Of a stretch of DNA of 64,000 nt, positions 45,270 through 61,359 are shown one piece after another. The translations under genes and the position numbers were made by a program. The notes below the pieces were generated by a model. The model ran no database searches and was not told the DNA's origin. It saw nothing but the letters and a program-made list of their open reading frames with translations. The DNA is from the human T2T-CHM13v2.0 reference genome, Homo sapiens: the NCBI RefSeq assembly GCF_009914755.1, contig NC_060927.1; one strand, given 5' to 3'. Within the stretch, counting starts at the first letter, position 1, and each line of letters opens with the position of its first letter.

Positions 45270-45800
45270 TACATGTGGATATAGTGATGAAAAATACATA
45301 TAATATTTCTGTTGTCATGGAGCTTGCATTTTAACAAAAGTAAGATAGACAATAAATAAAAATACAGAAATGAGATTATATCAGCTGATGATCAAAGTTA
45401 TAAAAAATAATGAGGTCATGGGATAGAGAGGGAGTGTATAAGGAAAGCTGATCGCTTTGGATACGATTGCCAGGGTGGATGTCTTACAGGATATAATATT
45501 GACCTGATTTCTAAATGATGAAATAAGCCAGCAATGTGAGGATCATGGGAAAAAAGTATCCCTAGCAGAGAAAATTGCAGCAAGAGACAAGACCTTGAAA
45601 CTTTTTGACAAAGAAAAATTCAGAGTCTAGAATGTTATCAACAAAAGCGAGAGCTGTGCAATGATGTCGTGGAAGAATAGGCAGTGGCCATACAACAGAG
45701 GGTTTTGCAGCCTTACAAATTTGAATTACATTCTAAGTATAAAGAGAAGTAATTAGGCCTACAAAGTGAAATAATGACATGAGTTGATTCCCATTTTGAT
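45270..45800 (-). mobile_element. L2 fragment
   Basis: gtcatggagcttgcatttt...agacaataaataaa antisense L2 pattern. Confidence 0.65.
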
Positions 45801-47707
45801 CAATATAAGACAGGAAATGCTCACTTACTACTGTAAAAATAGGTTACTGTTATTGGTGAATGTAGTAGTCTTCAGCTGAAATAATAGGCTCACTTCACGC
45901 AAAGTTGATCAAATACTTTCCATCTGCTGCTTCTAAAGTTGCTCTTCAATAGTTTTTATTCCATCCCATATTTCTAATTTCCACATACAAAATGATGGCT
46001 TTGCTTACGTTAGAACGTGACCCTAAGAGAGAGCCTGGTATCCGAGGAATCTGAAGTAGTGACTCCTATCATTCGGGGCATTTATTTTATCAAGCTTATC
46101 AACCTTGCGCTCTGAGCATTTGTATTCTGTGCTTATGTTCTATTGTCTAGCAGTAACTAGCATAAATATGTAATTATATGGTTTGTTTTGTTGGTAACAG
46201 ATTTCAAAATACTGTATTATTATGGTGCTGTTTGAATTGTGTTTACCATATCGGCATAAACATATAAATTGAGTCAAAATATTTGCTTGGTTAACTGCAA
46301 ACCACAAGTTATTACAGTGTTGTCAGTTTAAAAATGTTGCGTGACAATAAAACCATTTGATTCTCTTTGTTCAGATTTGAATCTCAAAAAACTTTGTCAT
46401 TGTTTCCTATAATATATTAGGCACAACTTTTGGAGAAGGCAGTTGATATATTCTGTAGCACCTTGCAAGGGCCCTACATAACTATTTAAACACGTTTCAT
46501 AATTTCTACAGTGACTCGTGCCTTATTGTAGTGGATAACTTCTGTTTAATTTCAAAATATATTTTCCCTTTGCCTAAGCCCCTCAGTCTTCTAACATATA
46601 CAAAACCAAAAAACCATTAGAAAATTCAAGGTATTTATATTAAAATGTTAACATTCTTTATGATGTTTCCTTTACTTTGAGTTTTCATTAGGTGACCCAA
46701 CCATACTTTAAACTGCTGTTAGTCTATTAGGCAATAAAATTGTTTATAATCCTTGCTGTTTTATAATCTCTTTTAACTGCTTCTCTTTTCTTTTTCTTCA
46801 GGGTTTTAAATAAAGACAAACAAAAGGATGTGGGATTTACACCTGGCTTTTTGTAGCCATGTGATTCTACCACCTGCCTTTAGTTCCCTGCTTCCTCTCC
46901 TGCTGGACGCCATTGCTATTATTTCCCTGCTTCACTGTCTGCCCTGTGTGTGCCCTTATATCTCTCATTCCCCATCCTCACTTCTCTGCTTCCAGTGAAG
47001 AAAAGGGAAAATCTAAAATCAGATTTAACATTGAGAGCCAGATGACAGAGTATTTTATCTTATAATCCAAGCACTAAAAAAAAAAATGGCACTAATAATT
47101 GACAAGGCATGACTAAATTGCCTTGCCTTTCCATGAAAGAAGAAAAGAGACCTCCTAGAAATTCAATTGATTATTTTAATTCTTTTTCTGATCTTATGAT
47201 TCTCTCCCTCCTTGATACCTGTATTTGACTAAGATCAACATTCATGTGATTATATGAGAATTCTGTCAAATGGGTAAACAGACAGTCTTCTTAATGCTAA
47301 AGCAACTGTGAAATAAGTTTCTTTTCAGTTTATGGTAAATAAAAAAGCAAGTTTCCCTGAGGACTGGCAGCTCAGATGTGAGTGTGTGAATTTTTCCCCT
47401 TCAATGTTTCTTAAAAGAAGTAAGTAGAGAAGTTCGCTGTAGTACGCTACATATGAGTTCAGGCCATGGTTCCAAATTGTAGGGGAGCTAGAGACCATGA
47501 ATGTCCTTGAGATAATATCGGTACCATCACTCTAGAACATTGTTTATAACCATCACGATGACGTTTCTAGTAATCTCTCATAATATCTTAATGAAATAGA
47601 TTATGTATAGTAATAAAGAAATTTCTGCATTTGACATTATTTAGTTGAAGTTACAATATATTGAGAAGTATAAGGAACAGGGTAAATTTGAAATGGAGAA
47701 TCTCATA

Positions 47708-48100
47708 CCATTCATTCATTGAGTGGTAGGAGTTAATGAGCTCCTGTTATATACAGAGAACAGTTCTCTGGGAGATAGCAAAATAAATAGAACACTGTTC
47801 TTATCCTGGATGAGTTCAAAATCTAGTATCAAAGACATGTAAATAATAGTAGCATAAAATGGCTGTATAAAAGAAATATTTTGATTGGGGAAGCTAAATA
47901 ATTAACTGTTGAGGTTGATTTTTAGAGGCAAAAAGAAGTATTTTTCCACATAAGAAATACAGAAAGAACAATTGATAATGAAGATGTAGAATGAATAAGC
48001 ACAGAGAAATATGAAAGGTGAAGTGGTTGAGGGAATTACAAATTGCCCAGTGTGGCAAAAACTAACTTGCCTGAGAAGGATTAGCTAAGAAAAGTCCAAA
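47708..48100 (-). mobile_element. L2 3' fragment
   Basis: cattcattcatt...gagctcctgttatat signature. Confidence 0.55.
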
Positions 48101-50071
48101 AACAAGTGTGAGAACCTTTATATTCCATCAAATCATTAACATATGCATAATATCAGATAGTGTTTGTTTATATATCATTTGACAGGGTGTATGTGGTCAA
48201 ACTCCTGCTTTTCTTGATTCTGTGAACAATAATTACTAAATAAATATAAGATAGGAAAATCATAAAAAATATTGATTTCTTTATTTGTGAAAATCAACCA
48301 CTTGTGGAATTCAGATATTCAAAAAGTTTTTTCTGGCCATTACTTAATTGCTACTGTCTCTTGGAAATAATAATATATGAATAAGAAAATTATTTTTTTA
48401 TTATGATAGGAAACTATCTCTTCTAAATATAGATACTTAACTACTTAAGAAAAATACTAGTAAATAGAAACTAGAAATATTGTAAATGAATTCCATATCA
48501 CAAATTATACTCTTAACCAGGAATGCAAGGAGGTCTTCAGTAATAATACATTTTATTAAGTAATAGATAAGTAATGCAACATTTCACTAGTTGGGAAACA
48601 TTCGCTTATGTTAGTAACCATTCTTAATAAAATTGAGAATAGTAAAATATTTTTGGCATGTTAGAATACACTCTAAGGTGGCAAAACAGAAAGCTCCACC
48701 AATCATCATCCCTTACCCACAAGGATACCAAGTTAACAACTATCTACACAGAGAAACACCTTATACGAACCCCAAATCATGTGAGCACTCACAGTACCTG
48801 GTTTTAACTTTGTATCCCTGAAAGAAGAACTGAAGATATAGAAAAAACAGTCCAGAGTCACTGATGCCACCCCTCCCTCATCCCCCAGCAGCAGCATGGT
48901 GCAGAGAGCCTCTCTGGGTGCTGGAGGAGGGAGAACACATTTGTGAGGCATTGAACTCAGTGCTGTTCTGTTGGCACAGAAAGCAGACCCAGACCAAACT
49001 CAGCTGACACCGCTTACAGAGGGAACATTAAAACCGGGCCTTAGCCAGAGGGGAATCACTGATCACACAGGTCTGAACTTGAGTTCTGGCAATCCTTGCC
49101 ACTTAGGTCCAAAGTGCTCTTGGTCTCTAAGTAAACTTGAAAGGCAGTCTCTGCCACAAGGACTGTAACTCTTAGGCAAGTCCCAGGGCTGAACTTGACC
49201 CAGAAGCAGTGGACCGGGGAAATACATGACATACTGAGACACCAAGTATGGCAGCCAAGAGAGTGCTGGCATTAACCCTTCCCTAACCCCAGACAGCACA
49301 GCTCAAAGCTGCAAAAGAGACTTCTTCCTTCTGCTTGAGGAGAAGAGAGGGAAGAGTAGGGAGGACTTTGTCCTGCATCTTGGTTACTGGCTCAGCCACA
49401 ACAAGGTATCTCTACAACGCTGCATGAATCACAGCATTCCTGGGCTTGGGGTGCCCCCTAAAGCAGAAACTGCTTAGTTCACAACACCCAAGTTCTTTCA
49501 AATATCTAGAAAGTTTTCCCAAGAAGAACAGCTACAAATAATATGAGGCGGTAAAGACTACGATAAATACCTAACTCTTCAATATCCAGACACTGAAGAA
49601 CATCTACTAGAATTAACATCATCCATGAAACATGACCTCACCAAATCTACTAAATAAGGCACCAAGGACCAATCCTGGAGAAACAGAGATATGTGACCTT
49701 TCAGACAGAGAATTCAAAATAGTTGTGTTGAGGAAAGTTGAAGACATTCAAGACAACACAGAGAAGAAATTCAGAATTCTATCCGATAAATTAAACGAAG
49801 ATATTGAAATAATTAAAAAGAATGAAGCAGCAATTCTGAACCAGTGTATTTGAAAATATACTGTCAGAGGAAACAAACAAACAAAAAAGACAAAAAAAAG
49901 TACATCTGTACGATCTAGAAAATAGCCTCAAAAGGTAAAAATCTAAGAGTTATTGAAGGTCTTTAATAGTATATATGGAAAGATACAGGGATAGAAAATT
50001 TATTCAGAGGAATAAGAGAACTTCTGAAACTTAGAGAAAAATATCAATATCCAATTACAAGAAAGTTATAG

Positions 50072-50367
<296 letters not shown>

Positions 50368-51544
50368 TACAAGAAAGTTGTAGAAAACCAAGCAGATTTA
50401 ACCCAGATATGACTAACTCAACACATTTAATAATCACACTCTCAAAGGTCAAGGATAAAGAAAGGATTCTAAAAGCAGCAAGAGAAGAGAAACAATAACT
50501 TAAAGTGGACCTCCAATATGTCTGGCAGCAGACTCTTCAGTGGAAACTTTACAGGCCAGAAGAGTGGCATGACATATCTAAAGAGGTGAAGGACAAAAAC
50601 TTTTAAACTAGAGTAGTATATCTGGCAATAATATCCTTTAAACATGAAGGAGAAATGAAGACTTTCCCAAACAAAAGCAGAAGGATTTCATCAATACCAG
50701 ACCCATCCTACAAGAAATATCAAAGGGAGTACTTCAACCCCCCCCCAAAAAAGTTATTATTGAGCAATAAATAATCACCTGAAGGTACAAAACTTGTAAT
50801 AGTAAGTACGCAGCAAAACACGGACTATGATAACACTGTAGCTGTGGTGTGTAAACTATTATAATTCTAAGTAGAAAGACTAAATGAGGAACCAATCAAA
50901 AATAATAGCTACAACAACTTTTCAAGACATAGTCAGTACAATAAGATGCAAATAGAAGAAACAAAAAGTTAAAAAGGGTGTTGCATGTAATTAACATGAG
51001 TTTTTCTTAGTTTCCTTTGTGCTTATTTGATTGATTATTGATGCAAATAGTGTTAGATTGTTATCAGGTTAAAATAATGGGTTATAAAATAGTATTTGCA
51101 AGCCTCATGGTAACCTCAACCAATAAATAAAAAAGATAGAATGAGTACACAAAAAATACAAAGCAGGAAACTAAATTATATCACCAGGGAAAATCATCTT
51201 TACTAGAAGAAAACAGGAATGAAAGAGGAAAGAGAAGACCACAAAACAGCCAGAAAACAAATCACAAAATGGCAGGACTAAGCCCTAACTTATTAATAAT
51301 AACATTGAATGAAAATGGACTAAACTCTCCAATACAAAAATGTAGACAGCCCAAATGGATTTACAAAAACAAGACCCATTGATTGGTTGCTTACAAGAAA
51401 CACTTTACCTGTGAAGACAAATATAGACTGAAAATAAAGATATTTCTTGTCAATGGAAACCAAAAAGACCAGGAGTCACTGTACTTAGAGAAATTAGATT
51501 TTAAGACAAAAACTATAAGAAGAGGGAAAAAAGTCACTATATCA

Positions 51545-52055
<511 letters not shown>

Positions 52056-55000
52056 TCAGATGTAATCTGCAGTATAGACAACATAGATCTAATAGATATT
52101 TACAGAACATTTCATCCAAGAACTGCAGAATACACACTCTTTTTCTCAGCACATGGATTATTCTCAAAAACAGACCATGTTTTAGATCACAAGAGTCTTA
52201 AAACATTCAAAAACCTGAAATAATATCAAACATCTTCTCTGAAAAATATAGAATGAAACTAGAAATAACAAGAGGAGTTTCAGAATCTATACAAATACAG
52301 GGAAATTAAACAATATGCTCCTGGAGCAGTGGGTCAATAAAGAAATCAAGAAGGAAAGTGATAAATATCTTGAAACAAATGATAATGAAAATACAACATA
52401 CCAAAACCTATGGTATACAGCAAAAGCAGTACACAGAGATAAGCTTATAGCTTTAAGTGCCTACATCAAAAAAGAGGAAAAACTTTAAATAAACAATGTA
52501 TTGGTGCATCTTAAAGAACTAGAAAAGGAAGAGCAAACCAAACCCAAAATTAGTATAAGAAAAGAAATAATAAAGATCAGAGCAGATATAAATGGAATTA
52601 AAATGAAATAAACAATACAAAAGATCAATGAAACAAAGAGTTGGTTTTTTGAAAACTTAAAAAAAAATTGACAAAATTTTAGCCAGATTAAGAAAAACAG
52701 AGAGAAGATCTAAAAAAAGTAAAAATAGAAATGAAAAAGGAGACATTACAACTGATGCTGTGGAAATTTAAAGGATCATTAGTGGCTACTATGAGCAGCT
52801 GTACGCCAATAAATTGGAAAATCTAGCAGAAACTGACAAATTACTAGATACATGCAACCTACCAAGATTGAACTGGGAAGAAATCCCAAACCTGAACAGA
52901 CTCATAACAAGTAATGAGATGGTAGCCATAATACAAATTCTTCCAGTAAAGAAAAGCCTGGGACCTGATGGCTTCACTGCTGAATTTTACCAAATATTTG
53001 AAGAATAACGAACACCAATCCTACTCAAACTACACTCAAGAAGAGAGGAGGAGGAAATACTTCCAAACTTATTGTATGAGGCCATTATCACCCTGATATC
53101 AAAACCAGACAAATACATCAAAACAAAAAAACGAAAGCAAACAAACAAACAACTGCAGGCCAATAACTCTGATAAATATTGAATAAAAAATCCTCAAGAA
53201 AATACAACCTGAATTCAGCAACACATTAGAAAGATCATTCATCATGATCAAGTGGGATTTATCCCTGAGATGCAAGGATGGTTCAACATATGCAAATTAA
53301 TCATTGTGATACATCATATCAACAGAATGAAGAAAAAAATATGATTATTCCAATTGATGCTGAAAAAGCATTTGATAAATTTAACATCGTTACATGATAA
53401 AAAAAAATCTTAAAAAACTGGGTATAGAAGAAACATACCTTAACATAATAAAAGCCATATATGACAGACCCACAGCTAGTATACAAAAAACTGAAAACCT
53501 TTCCACTAAAACCGGAACAAGCCAAGAATACCACCTGTCACCACTGTGGTTCTACATAGTACTGGAAATCCTAGCTAGCACAATCAGACAAGAGAAAAAT
53601 TTAAAGGACATCCACACTGAAAAAGAAGAAGTCAAATTATCCTTGTTTGCTGATGCTATGATCTTATATTTGAAAAAACCTAATGACTCCACAAGAAAAT
53701 TATTAGAACTGATAAAAAAAATTCATTCAAGTTGCAGGATAAAAAATCAATATACATTTTGATTTTGTTCACAATGATGAACAATGTTAAAAAGAAATAA
53801 AAAGGTAATACCATTTACAATAGCCACACATAAAGGTAAATACCTAGGAATTAACCAAAGAATTAAAGGATCTCTATGATTAAAATTATAAAACACTGAT
53901 GAAGGAAATAGAAGAGGACACCACAAAATGGAAAAGTATTCCTTATCCATGGATTAGAAGAATCAATATTGTTAAAGTGTCCATACTACCAAAGCACTTT
54001 ACAGATTCAATGTGATCCCTATCAAAATACCAATGACATTCTTCACAGAAATAGACAAAACAATCCTAAAATTTATATGGTTTATATGAAACTACAAAAG
54101 ACTCAGAATAGCCAAAGCTCTCTTAAGCAAAAATAACGAAACTGGACGAGTCACATTCCTGACTTCATATTACGATACAGAACTATAGTAACCAAAGCAG
54201 CATGGAATTGGCATAAAAACAGACACATAGACCAATGGAACACAATAGAGAACCTAGAAACAAATCCACACAACCACAATGAACTCATATTTGATAAGTT
54301 TCCAAAAGCATGCACTGGGGTAAAGACAGTCTCTTCAATAAATGGTGCTGAGAAACTGGGATATCCATATGCAAACAAATGAAACTGTGTCTCACCATAT
54401 ACAAAAATAAAATTGAAGTGGATTAAAGACTTAAATCTAAGACTTTAAACTATGAAAACTACTACAAGAAAACATTGTGGAACTCTCCAGGATATTGGTC
54501 TGGGGAAAGACTTTTTGAGCAATACCCCAGAAGCACAGACAACCAAAGCAAACATGGACAAATTGAATCATGTCAAGTTAAAAAGCTTCTACACAGCAAA
54601 TGATACAGTCAACTAAGTGAAGAGACAACCCATAGAATGGGAGAATATATTTACAAATTACCCCTCTGACAAGGGATTAATAGCCAGATTATATAAGGAG
54701 CTCAAACAACTCTATAGGAAAAAAATAAAATAATCTTATCAAAAAGTGGGCAAAATATTTGAAAAGATATTTTTCAAAAGACAACATACAAATGGCAAAC
54801 TGGTAAAAAAAAAAAAAGTGCTAACATCATTGATCATTAGAGAGGTGAAAATCAAAACTAGAGATATAATTTCACCTCAGTTAAAATGGATTATATCCAA
54901 AAGACAGGCAATAACAAATGCTGGCAAGGATGTGGAGAAACAGGAACCCTTGTACATTGTTGGTGGGAATATAAATTAGTACAATCACTATGGAGAACAG

Positions 55001-55229
55001 TTTGGAGGTTCCTCAGAAAACTAGAAATATAGTTACCGTATGATCTGGCAGTCTCACTGCTGGGTATATACCCAAAATAAAGGAAATCAGTGTATGAAAG
55101 ATATATCTGCACTCCTATAATTGTCACAGCATTACATACAATAGTTAGGAGCAACCTAAGTGTCCATCAACAGATGATTGGATAAAGAAAATGTGGAGTC
55201 CTATTCAGCCATAAAAAAAGAATGAGATC

Positions 55230-55600
<371 letters not shown>

Positions 55601-56089
55601 TTATTATGTTAAGTGAAATAATCCAGGTACAGAAAGACAAATATCACATGTTCTCACTTCTTTGTGTGACCTAAAAATCATAATAATTGTACTCATGATA
55701 TAGAGAGTAGAAGGTTGGTTACCAGAGATTGGGAAGGGTAGAGGGGGGTTAGGAGGAGGGTAGATAGATAATGCGATAATAATAGATAAGTAATAATAAA
55801 TAAATTAATAATAAATAGAATGAATAAGACTGACTACTTGATAGCACAACAGGGTGACTATAGTCAATAATAACTTAATGGTATGTTTTAAAATAATGTG
55901 AAGAATATAATTCGATTGTTTGTAACTCAAAGGATAAATGCTTGAGGAGATGGACATGCTATTCTCCATGATGTACTTATTTCCAATTGCATGCTTGTGT
56001 TAAGTACATATCAGGTACTGCATAAATTTATACATCTACTATGTACTCACAGTAATTTAAGAAATAAATAAAAATAAAAAATTATATAA

Positions 56090-56430
56090 TGTATGAAAAA
56101 AGACAGTCACTAAAGTATTCATAGAGCCATAGATTATATAATTTCATTTATGTGACCTTCAATAATTAGATAAAACTAAACTGTATTTTTTTGGAAATAA
56201 ATCCTGGATGGTAAAATTCTAAAAGAAAAGCAAGGAAAGTATCTTTGTGGAGGAAGAAGTAGTGATTAAGAGAGCACAGAGGATGGGCTTCCCTGGTACT
56301 GACAATGTTGTACTTCTTGACTTGAGTAGTAGTTGCATGGGTGTTCACTTGTCATTAATCATTCAGCCGAACATGTTTATTTTGTGCACTTTTCTGTATA
56401 GATATTATATTTTACAATTATGGAGTTTTT
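56090..56430 (+). mobile_element. Old L1 (L1ME-like) 3' end
   Basis: aatgttgtacttcttgacttgagtagtagttgcatgggtgttcactt...tgtgcacttttctgtat. Confidence 0.7.
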
Positions 56431-56714
56431 AAAAGGAGACTTTTTATTGGCAAGGAAACATATTCCTGAAGTATCATGAAGTGAAAACAGTTTACAAAAA
56501 AGATGCAAACTAGAACCTCAGCGAACATTAAAACTACAAAGACATTACATACAAAGTGCAAGAACTAAACTAGGATGCTATTATTAACTAAATTTTATGC
56601 TATTATTATCACTATTAATAAAAATCTTTTAAAATTTTTATTAGAGAAGAAAGACATGAAAGAGAAATGAGTAATATATAGAAAGAGAAAGGATAAGAGA
56701 TAATTATTTGCATA

Positions 56715-57136
56715 TGATACAGTTTAAGTATTTGGCCCCACCCAAATCTCATGTTGAAACATAATCCCCAGTGTTATAGGTGGGGCCTGGTGAGGGGTGA
56801 TTGGATCATGGGGGCCAATGTCTCATGAATGGTTTAAAGTCCTCCCCTTGGTGGTGTCCTCCAGGTAGTAAGTTCTCTTGAGATCTGTTTGCTTAAAAGT
56901 GTGTGGCACCTCCACAGTCTCTCTCTTGCTTCTGCTCTGGCAAGGTGATGTGTCTGCTTCCCCTTTGCCTTCTGCCATAATGTAAGTTTCCTGAGGGCCC
57001 CTCCAGAAGCTGAGCAGATACTAGCATCGTGATTCCTGTACAGCCTGCATAACCGTGAGCCAATTCCACCTCTTTGCTTTATACATTACCCAGCCATGGA
57101 TATTTCTTTATAGCAATGCAAGAATGGCCTAACACA
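56715..57136 (+). mobile_element. MaLR solo LTR (MSTB-like)
   Basis: TG...cccaaatctcatgttgaa...ttctttatagcaatgcaagaatggcctaacaCA, about 420 bp. Confidence 0.9.
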
Positions 57137-59408
57137 ATATAATATAATTTTTCCTGGGAAAGAATTTCCAGTGTTTTTTTCTATGAATTCCAAGGGCATA
57201 TGCTTACACGGCCAGAAAAGAACAATAAAATCAGCAAAATGCAAAATTTACAACCATTTCTACATTTCTGAAAGTCCTGACAGTAAAAAAAAAAAGTTCT
57301 ATTCCAAAAAGCAACAAAAAAGCTAATAATTTCAAAATAACTGTTAGCAAGATAAGTGTAGGTTCTTTAAATAAAAATTTAAAAAACTCTTATTTTATAT
57401 ATTAATTTCAACCAAATTTCAGTCAATATTTGTTTAGAAGTTTGGCAAAACAAAAATAAAACAAAACACAAATATTAAAGAAAGAACTAAGGGAAAAGAT
57501 ATTGAGGAGAGAACCAGTTCTACGAGATATTACACCATTTACAAAGCACCAATAATTAAAATATTAGGTAATTGGCACAAGAATAGTGAAAACGTTAGAA
57601 TTTTATAAACTATCACAATTAGCTTTTATTATAGATAAAATGGACAAGTTAGAATCACAAAATTGAGTAGATATACTAGACATGCAATCTCAATTCATGC
57701 TTTTACCAAAATAAATTCAAATTTATTAAGGGGTTAAGTATACTTTTAATCAATAACAAATAAAATCTTAAATAAAAATAAAACAGCATGTTTGCCTGTC
57801 AAATTAGCAAATAAAAACAATAGAGTACACTGGTGGTAGTTAGGATAAATGAAATAGGTACATGTTTCTATGTGAATGTAAATTCATACAATTATTTTGA
57901 AAGACTGTTTTGCAATATAGATAAAAATCCTTAAAATTCTATGTCAATATTGATCAGAGACTTCTGATAACCTAACAAAAAATTCTAATTCATAAATAAG
58001 CTTTTATATGAAAGACAGCATTATTTACATACCATAAAATTATTTGTAGTATAATCTAAACATTTTATACCTTATGTTCTCATATAAGTCAAACCTCAGA
58101 AAAAAAACATAAAAATAACTAAATTTTAACAGAGAGTACATCTGTGATAGAATAACTGGCTACTTAAAAAAATTAACATTGTATGCATGTATTTTTTTAA
58201 TGATAAAAATATGCCCTTTTTAAAAGCAGAAAAATGTTCACTAAAACCATTGTAAAAGTAAAATACATATCAGTAAGCTTCTTTAGAGTTCCTTCCCCTA
58301 TACTTTGTCATGACTCTTTAACCTAAATTTATCACTTAATTACTCATTGAAAATATAATTTTGCAAAAATCAATCTATAATCAATTTGTAGACAGAGGGT
58401 TGAAGACAAAGACACTTGAATATTTGGATGTTTTCAATTGGAATCAGTGTGTCCAACTGTATGATAAAATTAAACTAATTTGACCATTTTATTTATTTAA
58501 ATCTATGATTCCATGCTTGTCACATGTCTAGGGGTTAAAAGTGTCAGTTGTGAAAATGTGATTCATTAACATATGTTTGAGAGAGTGTTGATGGTGTTTG
58601 GACTTACCAATGATGTGGCAAGGAATAATTTTAACATGTATCAAGGAATGTAGTTTTAGCTGATATAATTCTATGGGGAATTTATCAACCATTTCCAAAA
58701 TATTTGTGTGATTGATTATCTGAGATATAGATGGAGCTTGTGAGAAGTACATGAGCCCTGTCTCTATGGGCAATGGAAGAACGTGGGTAGGAGGCCTAAT
58801 ACCCTCCTAACCAAAAGATACGAAGGTGATTAACATGAAGTAGGCTTTAGGATATTGTAAGCTTCATTAGGGGCTGGGCTTCTAGTAATCTTTCATCAAA
58901 TACAGGGCTTCAGGTAAATGTCTTTGAAAACATAGCTTTAATGTGAAGCCAAATGGGATCACCTTTTCTCAGTCCAGTTTTAGGCCTCAAGATCTTCTTG
59001 TAAAGATAAGCTGAGTTTTTTTTCAGTAAACCTTGAATAGTCAGCCCTTTATCTAGCCAGCTGCAAAATCCAAGGACTTGCTGCCACATGCCATTTCCAG
59101 TCAGGTCAGAAAGAAAGAATACTGGAGGTTATGGATGGTGAGTGGGTGATTTGGTGTACTTAGATCTGTAACTACAATTGCTGGAATGGGCCAATGATCA
59201 TGAGCACTAATTTGAATGCAGGCAAGTCTAAGAGAAAAATACATTTTTGCACATATATGCATGGGCTTTATGTTGTGATTTATGTATGGCCCCAGGATTA
59301 GCTTCCTTACAGAAGAACAAGAGACTGTAAATGTTCTCTCAAATGATCCTCTATTTTGGAAAAGGTGTGGCTATCTGAGAAGAGAATGATGCAATTTGTC
59401 TCTAAAAC

Positions 59409-59556
59409 AGTGCCCCTAAAACTATAATATATACACGACTTACGTGGGAATCTCGTTTAAATGCAGATCCTGATTGAGGTGGTCTGATGCAGGGCATGAT
59501 CTACCGCCCAGGTGTTGCTGATGCTGCTAGTTTGTGGACCACTCTTTGTGTAGCAT
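59409..59556. mobile_element. MER5-like hAT element
   Basis: aaatgcagatcctga...ccaggtg..gctgatgctgctagtttgtggaccactctttg. Confidence 0.75.
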
Positions 59557-59649
59557 AAGTCTAAGAGAAATAGCTAAACCCTTTTGTCCCATCTTTATCA
59601 TATCTTTTGATATTATATAGCAAAACAGATACATCCAATAACCTATGTC

Positions 59650-59830
59650 TGTCTTTTTGACCATATACTTAAACTCATTGACCCTCTATTTATAAATTTC
59701 TAAAACAGGTGATAACTCTTGCCTTGTGTTATAGAACAGGTTAGAAATAATGTATGTAAAGTACCTATTATAGAACAGATTCTGGCTCATTGTAAATCTC
59801 TTCTCCACCCGGTAGTGACTATTAATGTAA
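59650..59830 (+). mobile_element. MIR fragment
   Basis: tctaaaacaggtgataa...aataatgtatgtaaagtacct. Confidence 0.55.
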
Positions 59831-61359
59831 TTATTACATAAAAGAAAGGGGGGTGGGGTTTAACTAAAATAAGTTGCAACTAATCATTTGAATTCAGACT
59901 CTAAAATAACTCAAAAAGACAATCGCGTGATTAAAGATGTACATGAAAGAATATGAGAACCAAAAAAGTAAACATTATCTAGGTTCTATTAATAGAGGTT
60001 AAATATCTATATTAAGGGAGATACTGCAGAGACATCTGGAATTTTCAAGGAGATATTATGAACTCAAAAGTTATTTATCTATTGAAACTTGTTACTGAAT
60101 AATAACAAGTTGGACTTGGAAATACTGTGGTCAACTCCAAGGTTATTATTTTTATTCTGGTATGCTGATGGATAAAGTATACTCAAGGAGGGCGGCACTG
60201 ATGGTAATTTTTCCAAAGGCATTATCTGAGATATAGATGGAGCTTCTGAGAAATACATGCTTGGGAAATGTTTGAAAGAGGTTAGCACATATTCTCCCAG
60301 AAACAAGAAGATTGGACAGAAATTGAGCGCTTAGGCTGAGGAACCATGTGAAAGGAATAAATAAATAGTCTTACCTTTATCATACTCCTGGGGCAAAACT
60401 GATACTTGCCAAAATTATATGTTGACAGTTGTATTCTTAATATAAGAAGCTATTTCTAATTTCTCAAGTTTTCCCCCCCAAATAGCCACTATATTCATAA
60501 GGTAACTGTTGTTTTAATAGAATGTAAAAGCAAATGCCTTTATGCCATCCCTGCAGGAATTTAGACCAGACTTATGGTAAAACTGAAGAGTTGAGCTAAG
60601 ATCTTCATTTCTAAGTTCCAGTATTTGAATACATTAGATATTAGCCAAGAAATACTACTTAATTGTTTTTATAGGCACCAACAGAAATGATTTTATAGTA
60701 ATAAGAAGACGCAATAATCTGTAGTGTTTTAAAGTGTTCAAAATGCTTGTATGCACATTACCTCACTTAACATTTTAGAAATTTATTAATTTGCTAGTGT
60801 TTTAGCTTACTCTGCCCTTATAAGGAAGGCTTGGAATGGAGAAGGGCCTGGAAATGGGTGATAGGTTAGTGAACCAATGGTGTTTGTCAATCCCACCTTT
60901 TACTCACTAGTCTTTACTGAGTCATTCTAAAGGTTTTGACTTAATAGATACAACTCCTTTTCTTTGTATCTATCTTTTAGTAGTAGTATTTGTAAAAATT
61001 AAGTTACATAATTACAATATTAAATTTAACTGGCATATGAATGTTTTGAGAATAAATACAATTGATTTTGACAAGCATGCAATTCACTGGTAAAAACAAA
61101 AATCATGGGTATTATTCCAAAATCACTACTAGCTGGAAGGATGCAGTGTTCCCTGGATATTGTTGAATATATTTGCACGGGAAGTTTTCAGGTAATGAGA
61201 TTAAGTAGTGACTGATTAAGAAAATTAAAACTTTTTCACAGTCATTTTTATCATCATCATCATCACCTATAAATGTACTTTTTTATAAATATGTTTTGGT
61301 GTGTGTCCTAAAATCCTTTCTGGCTCTGGAAAGGATATTCTTCGCAGGGCCAGAAAGGA

